Shown here: piece by piece, positions 51,507 to 64,000 of the stretch
Layout: each line of letters begins with the position of its first letter
Position numbering within the stretch: position 1 is the first letter of the stretch
Assembly: GCA_026023565.1 (NCBI GenBank)
Contig: JAPETS010000041.1
Location: forward strand, 124,001 to 188,000
DNA: 64,000 nt
Source: Cirrosporium novae-zelandiae
Lineage: Eukaryota
Direction of reading: 5' to 3'
Notes under the pieces: generated by a model
The model's input: only the letters and a program-made list of their open reading frames with translations
The model's database searches: none
What the model was told of the DNA's origin: nothing
Program-made: the position numbers and the translations under genes

Positions 51507-52621
51507 TCACCCCCCTCAGCATTATTCATACCAAACAAATAACCTAAATAACCCCCCCCCCCCTTATTAGTAGCAGATAGGAAAAAAACTTCACAGTTAA
51601 AACAAAAACACGAATGCAACTTAGATAGTAAAGTAAACAGTAAATAGGTAGATAAACAATCATTCTATAATGGGGTTGTTTTTTTTATTTTATTCGTATA
51701 ACTAGTACCAACCCCCACTACCTACTATCGCTATCCTTTATTTTTTATATCCTGTTCTCTTTTTCCCTTTTCCCTTTTCTCTCTTCTTTTTTTCCTTTGC
51801 CCTTTTCACTTTTCTTCAAAATCTAGGACTTAGATATCTACAGTAAGTATTTGTTCTATTTACCACATCACATCGTATCATCCATGAAAAACAATGGATG
51901 AACAAACCGAATAAATACTTGAAGGATCAAGTGAATTTCCATTTCTTCCTCTATCTCACGAAGGGGAGAGCAAGATTGGATGGATGCTTGGGATATATTG
52001 GCTAAGTAGGTGTAAGAGATGAGAATAAAATTATAGGGTCAAGTAAGGCAAAATGACGTGGAAATCAGAAAAAAAGGGTCTGAAGGAGTTATGATTATCT
52101 ATGATTGATATATATATTTGTTTTTATCAGTATCAGTATCGTAACAAGTAAGTAGGGCCTTGCTTGCAACTATAGTGACGGTAAAAAAGAAATATGATGT
52201 TGTTAGGACTTGCTACACAGATCTAAAAGAAATGTTTTAGAAAGCATTAAGATATTCTTATTTCCTTATTTTCTCTCGTTTTGCTAAATTGTTCTCAAGA
52301 GCACGTTTAGACATGTGTAGAAAAAACTTTTTTTTTTTGGTTTGGATGCACTGTGGTATCGCAATTTCATTTATCTATCAAGAAGTGGCCATTTATAGCA
52401 CAGCAGCACCCACAAAAAAACCATTCATCACAAGAAAAAAAAAGCCATACTTTGCCTTGTTGTCCGTTTTTCTTTGCCGTGCTCTATTTTTATCATCGTC
52501 GTCGGTTGAGAGAAAAAAGTTTGAAATAATCAAGCGTCATCATAAAATGCCAATATGTAAAAAGAATTTTGAGCAAGGGTTGATTGATTGATTGATTAAT
52601 TGATTGGCCGATTGAAATATT

Positions 52622-53660
52622 TTAAGTTGATCGTTTGGCAAATTCAACGCGTAGGATCAAATGTCCATAACCAACTGCAGGAGGTTTTGTTTAGTAAGAA
52701 ATTCTGAACAGTAATGTATAAAAGTGAGATAAGGGAATGTTTTTGCTTACAGCCATCCATCTTCTCGCAAGCTTTGGCGGCGTCGGCTCGGTCTGCGAAA
52801 CTGATAAATGCGAATCCCTTTGCTCTGCCTGTCTCTCTGTCTCTGGCTAAGAATACCCTTGTGACATGGCCGAACCTGGAGAACATGTCTCGGAGGTCTT
52901 GTTCTTCTGCGAATTCGCTCACCTAAATGACGCTTAGCTGTGAATGGAAACAGTAGGCTCGAAAATCCACTCACGTTTGTGACACGTAGTGTGGCTAGAT
53001 CATCTCTCTCGTATTTGCCACTCATCCTGTCGCCACCGCTGGCAGCAGCTCCTCGTAGATGTGGTGGGACATAACTCTTCGAAGTACTTCCAATAGCCCC
53101 AATCGCAACATCTTCATCTATACCTTCTTTGGGCGCTTCATCCACGGGCGCCATCGTATCCTTGAATGGACATCTGGCTGTGAAATGCTCCCCGTTACAA
53201 ATTCTGCACTTGACTTTTTTATCCTTGAGCTGTGCCTTCATCTTGTCGGTGTCGCCCTTGTCCTCTTGGCTGTGTGCTTTGTAGTTTGTGCTGAGTCTGA
53301 ACTGAATATCCTCTCCCAACGTGGTGGTATCTGACTGGGGCCCTGCGGGTCTTCCTTTCTCGTCTCCGAATTTCTCCCATTGTTTTCGTTCCGCCACCCG
53401 TGGGTTTACCCGCTCTTTAACAATTGTGGTCTTGATTTTGCGGGTGGTTTTCACCTTTTGGCCTCTGTCGTTGAAGTGGTAGGATGTTTCGGTTCGAGTG
53501 CCATCTTCATTGTGAATTACTTGGGGGGGAGGTAGAGCAGTGGGATCGTCGAATTCTTCGTCATCGGCCCAGTCTGCGCGGCTATAGAGGAGTTAGAAAT
53601 ATCTGGTGGCGGAGATGTAATGGGCTGTAAATAGAATGAATACCTTGCGATCTTCGACAT
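52622..53660 (-). CDS. TIF35: Translation initiation factor 3 subunit G; 4 exons
   Basis: [33 protein letters not shown] zinc knuckle, YVPPHLR, RRM with KGFAFISF. Confidence 0.95.
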
Positions 53661-54015
53661 ATTCGGTTACTTTTTATATGTTCGATATTTTCTGGGAGAA
53701 TTTGTCAAGGGGATACGTTGGCTGTAGAAGTATTCTTGAAGTAACACACTTTGGTGGTGAAGGAGACAATGATATCGAATAATATTAAGCCCAAACTGCA
53801 GTGGGATTTGAAATAATCGGCTACAACTTAAGAGCTTTGTGGGGCAAAAATAAGGTTCAACGATACGGCGTTCGGAAGAACCTCCGCTACCGTTCATCTG
53901 ACAAATGAACTAAATAGTCTTTATGTTTTACAAACAAACATGCAATCATCAGTGCAGCACAGCTGCTTGTGACGGTGATATCAAGTTGATATAAATATAC
54001 AGTTACGACACAATC

Positions 54016-54709
54016 ATGTTCTTTAAATCGCGCTTCGGATGCGCTTTGCTTTTACTTTTCTTGTCTATCTTTATTTCTACCGCTCTTGCAACAGGTTAGC
54101 AGCCTCTCCCTATCGGTAATACGATTCTCATGCAAATGCAGCTCCGACATCCTTCTGCAAATGTACCTGCTTCTCTAATAGTACTATCATACCCTTAAAT
54201 CCACCTTCTTCTCAAGCGAAGCCCGGATACTCGTATCGTAGTCTTTTCGACCGCACGGATCGCAACCACAAAGGAAATGAAAAACAATATCGTGCTGGCA
54301 ATTGCAATGACTGCAACCGACAGTTCTGTTTAGACTACAACTTACCCTTCTGTAAGAATGCGAAGGAAGAGGATGTTTTCACTACTTGCTTTCGTGAGTG
54401 CCTGTCGTTTCGCATTCTGTAATATTGCCTAGTTGAGGGGGCGTTAAGTTGAAGACGGAGGACTTAATACGCTAACGCTGGTTTATTGTAGAACGTGATT
54501 CGAGGAAGGACGAAGCTATTGTATTCATTTTTATCATCGCGACAGGTGGTTTATTGATTTATGCGGCTATAAAGCCTTGGTTGGAGAGGGTACTCGAGGT
54601 ATACCACATATACAATAAACGTATGAAGCAATTGTTACTAACCCGTTAATTTCAGGCTGCTCGTGAGAGGAGATTATATATCCCCATTGCAGATCATGGG
54701 GAATCATAA
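54016..54709 (+). CDS. Cys-rich type-I membrane protein, 163 aa; exons 54016-54094, 54142-54393, 54492-54598, 54656-54709
   Basis: Signal peptide, FCKCTCFSNST...CNDCNRQFC...FC...TCFQRDS, TM segment IVFIFIIATGGLLIYAAI; GT-AG introns give a 492-nt open frame. Confidence 0.85.
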
Positions 54710-54926
54710 AATATGGCAAAAATTCAGTTCGGCCATAGGGTCAAATGCAGATTATATCGTACACTTCTAGACATTGGGTTCTAGCATCATCTGTAGCCTA
54801 CTATGAGGAGAGATCTGTGGCATCTTCCAGGACCAGAACATTTACAGTAAAAACTGCTGGTATAATACAAGAGATGCCAAACAGATGCTTGAGCATATAC
54901 CAAACCATGAATATAAAACTATTGCG

Positions 54927-55838
54927 CTACCGGCCACCAAACCAACTGGACCATGACTTTTTTGAGGTTTGTGCAGTATTTTCTCCTAACTTTTCCAATT
55001 CATTTCCCTGGGCTTCAAGAATATGTGATTCCTTTTCCGCCTTGCCTCTATGGGAGTCCACAGCCTGAACAACCTCGAAGGGTTTTTCTGTAGACAGCGC
55101 TAGGTCCGAGGAGCTTTGGGAAATGCTCTCTACAACCGTGGACTCTGGAACATCTTCCTTCTTCAGTCCGCCAAGCAGGAAATCCTTCGTTCTCTTAAAT
55201 ATACCGCCTCTTGCTTGTTTTGCGGCCTCCGCCTCCTCCGCGGCACGCTCTTGATTCAAAAGTAATAGTTGATCTTCGTTAAGAGTGCCGCTGGCAGCGG
55301 CTTCCTTAGCGGCTGCAAGCCTTTGAGCGCGGAGGTTCCGCTGTTCCTCATAGAAAAGTTTCGTTTTGCGTCGGTTGTAGACAATCATGTCTGTGAGAGA
55401 GTAGATAGTGACAAATCCTGCGATACCTGGAGGGACATTCAAGCCGTTAGCAGTAATTTATTATCTGTTCCGATTAAGCCGTAAGAGTTCCCTAGCCAAT
55501 AGCCCACTTCAATGTAGTACTTCCTTCATATCAAGTCCACAGCAGATAATTATAATTTTATAAGACAGGAACGCACCAGTAGCTGCTATCAAGCTCAATG
55601 CAGTAAACCTATGCGCACGATCTGCCCATATCCGTCCCCGGTCCACAATCCGGTCAAATTTGGAGACCTGCGCCAATTGCTGTTTCCTCCGGGCCTCCCT
55701 TAATCGTGCGACCTTCTGTGCAGGAGTTTCACCTGGCGGACCAGGAGCAAAGTGTGGTCTATTAGACGGCTGATGAGCAGCATGAGGACCAGTTGGTGTG
55801 AAGCGGGTGGCATCGGCGGCGGAGCGGGAAACTGTCAT
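54927..55838 (-). CDS. Cox14-like cytochrome c oxidase assembly protein; 2 exons
   Basis: SRSAADATRFT, ETPAQKVARLR, RIWADRAHRFTALSLIAAT|G TM segment, charged tail. Confidence 0.72.
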
Positions 55839-56284
55839 GGTGGTCGAAAGTGGAGAATTATTGGGCGAACGTGCCCGGGAGAGGGGAGACTTAGTCTTGC
55901 AAAGACAGCTAAGCAAGTGTTGGTTGATGACAAGAAGTATCTAAGGCGAAATTTTTGGAATATTGGATGTCATTACAAAGTAGCAGAGATTATGTGCATA
56001 AAGTTGACTTTCGGCAGATATAGTTCGTGCGAGTTACCGTAGTGAGCACTCTGTATATCATTGAACAGGACTAATGTTATTGTTCTAGAACATCCATTCA
56101 TTCTACAGTACTGTTGTAACCAAAGCTCGCTCGCTCAACTACATTATCACTTCCATTGCAATTCATTAGCAAGCTCACCATGTCTCGATGATAATATACA
56201 TCCTGGCAGTGGATAGAACCTGCAATTGAACCTCCCTCAAACAAGTCGAGTAAACCTCCAACTGCAGCACAGAATGAGACCAAG

Positions 56285-57361
56285 ATGAATTACAATGGCC
56301 AGCTGGCGCCTAACCTCGCCGAGCTTCTCAAATCTCTAGCAGTTCCACAGGAGCAACAGCAACAATATCAACCCCAACAACCATTAGCACAGCAACCCCC
56401 AAACCAAGCTTTCAACCATGTAACATTTCCTCAACAGCAACAACCTACAATTCCTATTTTTCAACCTACGTCACTTCAAGGGTTCTCTCAGTCGGATTAT
56501 AAACCATTCCAGTCTTCTCTACCTTTCGAAGGAGTAAATGCCGTTTCCCCATCAGTCCAACAGCAGCATTACCAGTCCGCGCAACAGCTTTCGTTCGAAC
56601 CTCCCTCAGCTCAAGATTATACCCCGCAGCTCACTACACAATATCAACCGTCGTCGACCCCTCCATATGAACCTCCAATTACTGTCACCCCAAAGCCTTT
56701 ACCAGTCCCCTTACCTAATCCTTCTCAAAATGTACCAATCTCAAAACCTTCAAACCCCCCATCGAAGGCTAAATCGGTCGATATTACGACCATAACAACC
56801 TACCCCGCTGCTCTCCGACATATCATGCAACTTGTTGCCTCCGATCCAAGTTTAACTGCTCGCATCCGCGGCCTCATAGATCGCCAGGCAAAGCATGAGC
56901 GCCAATGGTGGACCGGTCGCCAGGAGCTAGTCGCTAAGCTAGAGAAGCGCGGTGAAGGGCGGAAGAAACTTAGGGGGGTGTTGTAAGCTACACACGATGC
57001 TACGTTAAGGAAGTATAGGTAGAACTGATAACTCTATAGGCAGTCACTGGGAGCCAAGGTATCCGCCTCAAATGCCATAGAAGTAGAGGCTGAGGAAGCA
57101 GCAGCCCTGGAAGAAGATAAACGTGAGCTTCAACAATACGACAGGAAAGTCTATGCAGCTAGTCGGGACATGGAGAAGGGTATGGGGGAGGAATTAGCTG
57201 GGTGGGGAATACCCTTCTTTGGGGTAATTGTAGAGGAGAAATGGGTAAAAGGAGGGACAAGAGGCGTTGTTGCCAAGGCAGACGAACGAGTGAGAAAGCA
57301 GAAGCTGCTGGTCATGAGAAAGAAGGTTGTTGAGCTACTGGAAGATTTGTGCAAAGAGTAG
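56285..57361 (+). CDS. DUF2458-like protein with Gln/Pro-rich N-terminus; 2 exons
   Basis: ITTYPAALRHIM, QAKHERQWWTGR, ELQQYDRKVYAAS, GIPFFG, VELLEDLCKE*. Confidence 0.8.
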
Positions 57362-57905
57362 CAAACAAATTACCCCTGAGCAATGGGCATCAAGTGGTCT
57401 GTCAAAGCTCAAGAAACAATTAGACCACGGGGGCATGCTATACAATATAGTGATCTGGTAAGTGTCCTTGATATCATATCAATCATCTTGTCTTTCGGTA
57501 TTTTGGATTATGCAAGTAAGCTTGTATCATAAATTTCGGGGTGTTGCTTGAAAATGCTGATGGTAATCAGGAGCTAAAAACTGTTTGGATAGGATTTGTG
57601 GCTTGTATTTAGTCTATAGCCTAGTTGAAGGCATGGATATATTAAAGATGCAATGCAACCTCAAGCGACGATCGAAATTGAACTCCTGATAAGCTGGATC
57701 GGATGGAAGATCTCCCCCTAATTCTAAGAAGCTGCTGAGTGTGAATGTTTCAAATTCGATACGCTCTAAATGGGAATTCACAAACTTTTTCCACTGGACA
57801 AGTAAAAGGGAAACCAGCCTGAGAAAGAAAATGCAACACGCTAGAAGCAAACATATGTCATCAAATAAAAATACGTTACTGTCGTCTTGTACTGTCCCGG
57901 TGTTT

Positions 57906-59189
<1,284 letters not shown>

Positions 59190-59320
59190 CTTGATATAGC
59201 TGTCTGTGTAACACAAAGCTTAAGCGAATATAGGTTGACAAAATGAGTAATCGAAGGGAAATTGGGGGTTTCAATATAGTTATTTGGAGAAGAATAAGAC
59301 GCTCTTGGGTTTCTAAAGTG

Positions 59321-59425
59321 TTTATATAGACAAATATAATCCACGTCCGTACCTTGCAGTTTGACTCACTCGTCCTTGTGGATTGACGTTTGACTCACAC
59401 GCCGTAACGGGATGTTGGTGAGTAA
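59321..59425 (-). promoter_or_regulatory. DAHP synthase promoter: TATA box plus Gcn4/CpcA sites
   Basis: TATATAAA (minus) 59321-59328; TGACTCA at 59362-59368 and 59391-59397; TGAGTAA at 59419-59425. Confidence 0.8.
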
Positions 59426-59770
59426 CCCTTGCTGCTGTGATATGCACACCAACGGTCTTGAATCCTTGTATAGTCTGGATGCTGGAGGCCTTATCAAGTA
59501 GACGTGGGTAAATTTCGGCAACGGCGATTAAAGGTCAGCAATGTTTTGGTAGTCAGTGAATGATCAATGAATGGTCAATTGGTTTTTAGCGAATGGTCAA
59601 TGGGAAATTTAGGATTTCAAAGATTTTTTTCCTGGAGACGGAGGACCGCGGGTTAAAGGTACGTGTACTAATGTACAGAGTACATTTACACTTTCGAGGG
59701 GACCCCCCAATTCGTTTATCCGTATCTACATTGTTCCGCGGCCGTACCTTGTTTTAACCCCGGTCGACAA

Positions 59771-59852
59771 TTGCACTATTTGCACTAATTGCACTAATTA
59801 AACATTAATTATTAATTCTGAAGCAGCGACTATGGTAATTAATTAATTACCA
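59771..59852. repeat. (TTGCACTAW)x3 followed by a 20-bp perfect palindrome
   Basis: Repeat at 59771-59797; TGGTAATTAATTAATTACCA at 59833-59852. Confidence 0.85.
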
Positions 59853-60678
59853 GTCCTCGAGTAAACGTGATAACATGGACGGACCAAGAGGACCCTCGCT
59901 GGTACAAAGTATGTGGTTGGGTGGATATCCCTCGTCCCGTCCCTTAAGGTTATTCCATATTCGATTGGCCTCTAACCTTGGTTTAATTCTTCGACACGCA
60001 CAAAGCGATAGCACTAACGCCTACTGTATGGCAAAGGTTGTTGTTGTGCAAGCTGAATGACAGGGCTGCACGTGGGTTGAAATATCTATGAAGCTCTCGT
60101 CAGCATATTTCTCACTATTGTCATCTGCTGAAGGCCTTGCATGTTTTTCATAGTGAAAAAACTTGAGGACCCCTACGGGTCGAAAAAGAAAGTAAAAGGC
60201 AAGTCAGAATCATCGAGGAGAGATAATTATTGAAGGCTGAAGGCCTCTCGAGATTGGGGTTTTTATCTGATTGGGTCACTTGTTGGGTGAGTTCTTCAGA
60301 CATGCGGTTCAGTTTCAGGAAGCATGAATTTGACTAGAAAAGGAAAGAAGCTGCGGGGCTGAGACGGAGGAGCAAGAAGGTGCAACACTATCTACCTAAA
60401 AGTAAGCTTCGTGAGCTTAACAACTCGACAAAGGAATCAACGTCACCGAATTATCCTCGCAAAGCCTGTAGCGTCTTATGCTTGTCACCACGCACTAACA
60501 ATTCTTTTTGACTCTAAACAGCTTATTATTTAGCCCTCAGCATCGACCTATATGAGTCCCCATATCCATCCTTGTTTTGAGGGCATGACACTTTGTCTCC
60601 TTCAGCTAGATATTGCATGATTATTTCCCTAAACCATCAGCTCATACTCAAGACTAGACGATCAGATATTTCCGAAAA

Positions 60679-61587
60679 ATGTTTGCGGTTTTGCCCCCGA
60701 GGATGAATCTCAAGCGTGATCATGGTCAGATAGAAGATGAGAGTGAAGTGACCGGACTGCAAGATACGAGGTATCAGCATAAGGTATACCATTGTGGCGC
60801 CATCTACGTCCACTATTTTCTACCGATTTGCTAATACCAGTGCTCTACAATTTAGAGGATTCGATCGCTCCCTTTGAGAATCTCACCGACCATGAAGCAC
60901 CTTACGCTTTACCCCCAAAGCCATTATCCATATCGAGACCCAATTCCACCCCCCACACCCTTGGACAGCCCATCTGGTTATACACATACAGACCCAGATG
61001 ATATGCAACTGTCTGATTCAGACGTTGCCCCCAACGCGTCTCAGCCCACCGCCAATTCATTACTCGTTGCTGGTAGTAACATGGAGGTGGATGACAACCA
61101 GCTACAAAATTCTCCTCACCATTGGAATAATATGCCGATTACATCCAGGGACGGGGCCCTTTCTATTCCTCATATAACACAGAATGTTAGTGGGGGTCGA
61201 GTGGCTACACCTATTAGCGGGCACTTCGATCAAGATATTCGAATGGGGTCTGATAACGACCAAGGTTCCATGGTTGGGCGTACAAACAGTCCTATTATTC
61301 ATGTGCCCTGGAAGAGGTGGAAAGAAGGAGGAATTCCGAGTCCTGTACGTGAGGATGAAAACAGTCTTAGTCCAACGGTGGCTGCTAGTGGAATGCTTAA
61401 TAGGCTTGCTGTTAGTAACTCGACCCTGGATGATCATGGTCCGAGGGATACGGTGGACACTAAGAAACTGCCAAATGGGAAGCCAGCTACCGGAAAGCTG
61501 ACTCTTTCAATGGGCTATCGTGCCGACTGTGAAAAATGTAGGAAGCGGGTTCCAGGCCACTACAGTCATTGGGTACAAAAACAGTAG
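60679..61587 (+). CDS. Disordered hypothetical protein with a C-terminal Cys/His motif; 2 exons
   Basis: MFAVLPPRMNLKRDH...HK|RIRSLPLRISP; GGRVATPISGHF, IPSPVRED, MGYRADCEKCRKRVPGHYSH. Confidence 0.8.
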
Positions 61588-62191
61588 GATAGCTGTTTTA
61601 TATAGGCATTGAGGCTTTGTTCATGCCGACACTTTCAACTTTAACAAGGCCATTTCTCTTAAAACCTTGGGGTATTTTGAATTGGGGATAAATGGAAATG
61701 AGGCGGGGATAGATCTATGCTAAGTTTTGATGATACCCATTCGTTACATTTGATGGGACTCAAATAGATTTGACTTTCTTTGCTGCGCATCGCATCGTTC
61801 ATTTGCGTTTACCAATATATAGTCTGTCCTTGTGATGGTAGTGATGCTATGCGTAGGGTAGCACCGTTCCATAGCTAGTATAAGAAGCATATATTTTAGT
61901 TCTTAAGTATTCCCAACTTTTACTATGCCAACATCTTCATCTTATGCATTTCATAGTCAATTTAGGTTATATTCTTGGTGAAAGAAGGTGGAAAACACAT
62001 TTGTGGGAAATTGGGATTCAGGCGCTCATGAGTGTTGGACCTGGTCTCTATTAAGAAAAATCTACCGCTATATAACGCTTTGAAACCACTGGTGTCTCTA
62101 TATGCGCCGAACTAGCAATGCCACCCAACCAAAACTCCAGCATAGCGTTATGAACAGATAGTCTAAAGTATAAATTAATAACTTAAAGCCA

Positions 62192-63184
62192 TTATACACT
62201 CATTTTCATTGCAATTATCTTGTGGGGATTATATCCTTTGACTTCAAAGTCTTCTGGCTTCCATCCATCAATGCTGCCATCCTTGTCACGGTGGATTACC
62301 AACTCTGGAAACTCTCTTGGCTCACGCTCTAGCTGAACTTTTAATGCGTCTACATGATCCATGTAAACATGGGCGTCACCCATCGTATGTATAAATGTTC
62401 CAGGAATAAGGTCACACACATGTGCTAGCATATGTGTAAGAATGGCATACGAAGCGATATTAAAAGGAACACCAAGACCCATGTCGCAGGACCGTTGATA
62501 AAGCTGGCAGGAGAGAACGCCCCTGGATCCAGGTCCGCTGGGAAACGCAACATAAAACTGCGAAAACATATGGCAGGGCGGTAATGCCATCTTCTTCATA
62601 TCCGCAGGATTCCATGCGCTCATTATGATGCGTCGATCATAGGGATGATGCTTTAGCTTGTCGATGACTTCCGCTAGCTGATCGACACCTTGGCCGGTGT
62701 AGTCTGTTTTTGCATCTACGTACTCGGCGCCAAAATGCCTCCACTGGAATCCGTATACGGGACCTAGATCCCCAACTTCGCGGTGGGCCAGCCCCACGCT
62801 ATCGAGGAACTCGCGACTACCGTTGCCATCCCAGATTTTGATGCCCTGCTCAGACAGGGGAAGGGATGATGTGCTGCCGGAGATAAACCACAAGAGTTCG
62901 GCGATGACGGCACGGAGGAAAACACGTTTCGTGGTTAGGAGGGGGAGGATTGGGATCGGAGGTTGGGTGGGATCGGAGGACAGTTTGCTCAGGGAAAAGC
63001 GGAGAGCATTTGGGGCGAATACGGCGATGGTTCCGGTGGAGGTGCGGTTGGAGCGATGTTCACCGGTTTTGATGATGTGGTCGATTAGAGAGAGGTATTG
63101 GTATTCTTCATGAGGGGGGTTGTCTTTTTTTTGGCTTGGTGTGTTACCATTGAGCATTACTGAAGTAGTTTGCATGATTGTCAT
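62192..63184 (-). CDS. CDC21: Thymidylate synthase, intronless
   Basis: [60 protein letters not shown]. Confidence 0.97.
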   Translation of the reverse strand: MTIMQTTSVMLNGNTPSQKKDNPPHEEYQYLSLIDHIIKTGEHRSNRTSTGTIAVFAPNALRFSLSKLSSDPTQPPIPILPLLTTKRVFLRAVIAELLWFISGSTSSLPLSEQGIKIWDGNGSREFLDSVGLAHREVGDLGPVYGFQWRHFGAEYVDAKTDYTGQGVDQLAEVIDKLKHHPYDRRIIMSAWNPADMKKMALPPCHMFSQFYVAFPSGPGSRGVLSCQLYQRSCDMGLGVPFNIASYAILTHMLAHVCDLIPGTFIHTMGDAHVYMDHVDALKVQLEREPREFPELVIHRDKDGSIDGWKPEDFEVKGYNPHKIIAMKMSV

Positions 63185-63888
63185 TATAAACAGAAAAATA
63201 GCAATTGAGATTCCTTGTGGTGAAATATGCCAGCTAAATTTTGAAATAGCTAGAAAATGAATTTAAAATTTGTCCACGGCATTGGTAACGTGTCGGTTGC
63301 ATGAATTACACGAACTTGACGCGAAAGAACTAAGGTTAACCTTTCTCATTTAACTAATCCAGCAACTGATCACTTCTAAGGGACGAGGAATTTCGTTAGA
63401 CGGAATAAAAACTACCAAGACGAATAGGGCCATATAGCACCTAAACAAGGCGACAATATATTGAACAGATTGCTACTGAAGAGTACTTCTTGCCGCAATA
63501 ACGATCTTCCGCACAATCTAGAGGGAAACGCCTATATTTACATAACCCAGGGCGTTTTTTTCGCTAGCAAGTAGGAATGAACAACAGCCTTCCTTTGATC
63601 TTACAAACTAGCTCGTAACTATGAAGAATAATAACAGTAATAATAACTTTGATTAGAATTGACTAGCAATTTTTGTTTCTTTTTTAAATATGAAAAAATA
63701 AATTACTACTACTACTGCTACTACAATTAAAGAGCGTAATATCTCCCTCTCCTTCTCCTTCATAACGCAACATACATGAAAAAATAACCATCAAGTCGTT
63801 AATTCATCGGAAACAAAAGCCTGCTTTTTGTATATATCAGCTTATATTGCCTGGATGAACAGAATGATATGATCTTTTGCGGGGTTGA

Positions 63889-64000
63889 TTAATGAGTCCC
63901 GTTGGGTTTGACGACGGCAACAGTATCGCGGACAGGAAGGTTGATATCGTCAAGGTCGTAAGGAGGTTCCCGCGCAAATACAAGATCGACTCCTTTTCTG
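63889..64000 (-). CDS. Probable 3' end of a gene entering from the right
   Basis: Open frame RKGVDLVFAREPPYDLDDINLPVRDTVAVVKPNGTH*, higher GC, followed by AT-rich UTR-like sequence. Confidence 0.5.
   Translation of the reverse strand, partial: RKGVDLVFAREPPYDLDDINLPVRDTVAVVKPNGTH

Overview
Eukaryotic fungal chromosome segment from a filamentous ascomycete (Pezizomycotina-like): short GT-AG introns with CTRAC/CTRAT branch sites and mostly compact intergenic spacers. I support 21 complete and 2 partial protein-coding genes. In order: a hydroxynaphthalene-reductase-like SDR, importin Nmd5, PRC2 subunit EED, Ski2 helicase, Pns1, DUF1264, DUF202, a Zn2Cys6 factor, a DUF2415-like propeller protein, mitochondrial Hsp70, an Rkm5-like methyltransferase, long-chain acyl-CoA synthetase, an NDT80-family factor, eIF3g, a Cox14-like protein, DUF2458, DAHP synthase and thymidylate synthase, with small conserved proteins between them. 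The most notable structure is the NDT80 locus. Manual splicing reveals a hidden 157-aa N-terminal extension that starts in a 10-nt coding micro-exon ahead of a 1379-nt intron. The locus also has a probable internal promoter and a ~9 kb gene-free upstream region. Other points: a spliced pseudogene whose four internal stops are all TAG/TAA (compatible with RIP), a GC-AG intron plus micro-exons in EED, tandem Gcn4/CpcA sites before DAHP synthase, and a Cys-rich membrane-protein gene missed by the ORF track. I found no rRNA, tRNA, CRISPR array or intact transposon. Family names come from recognising motifs by eye, not from database searches.
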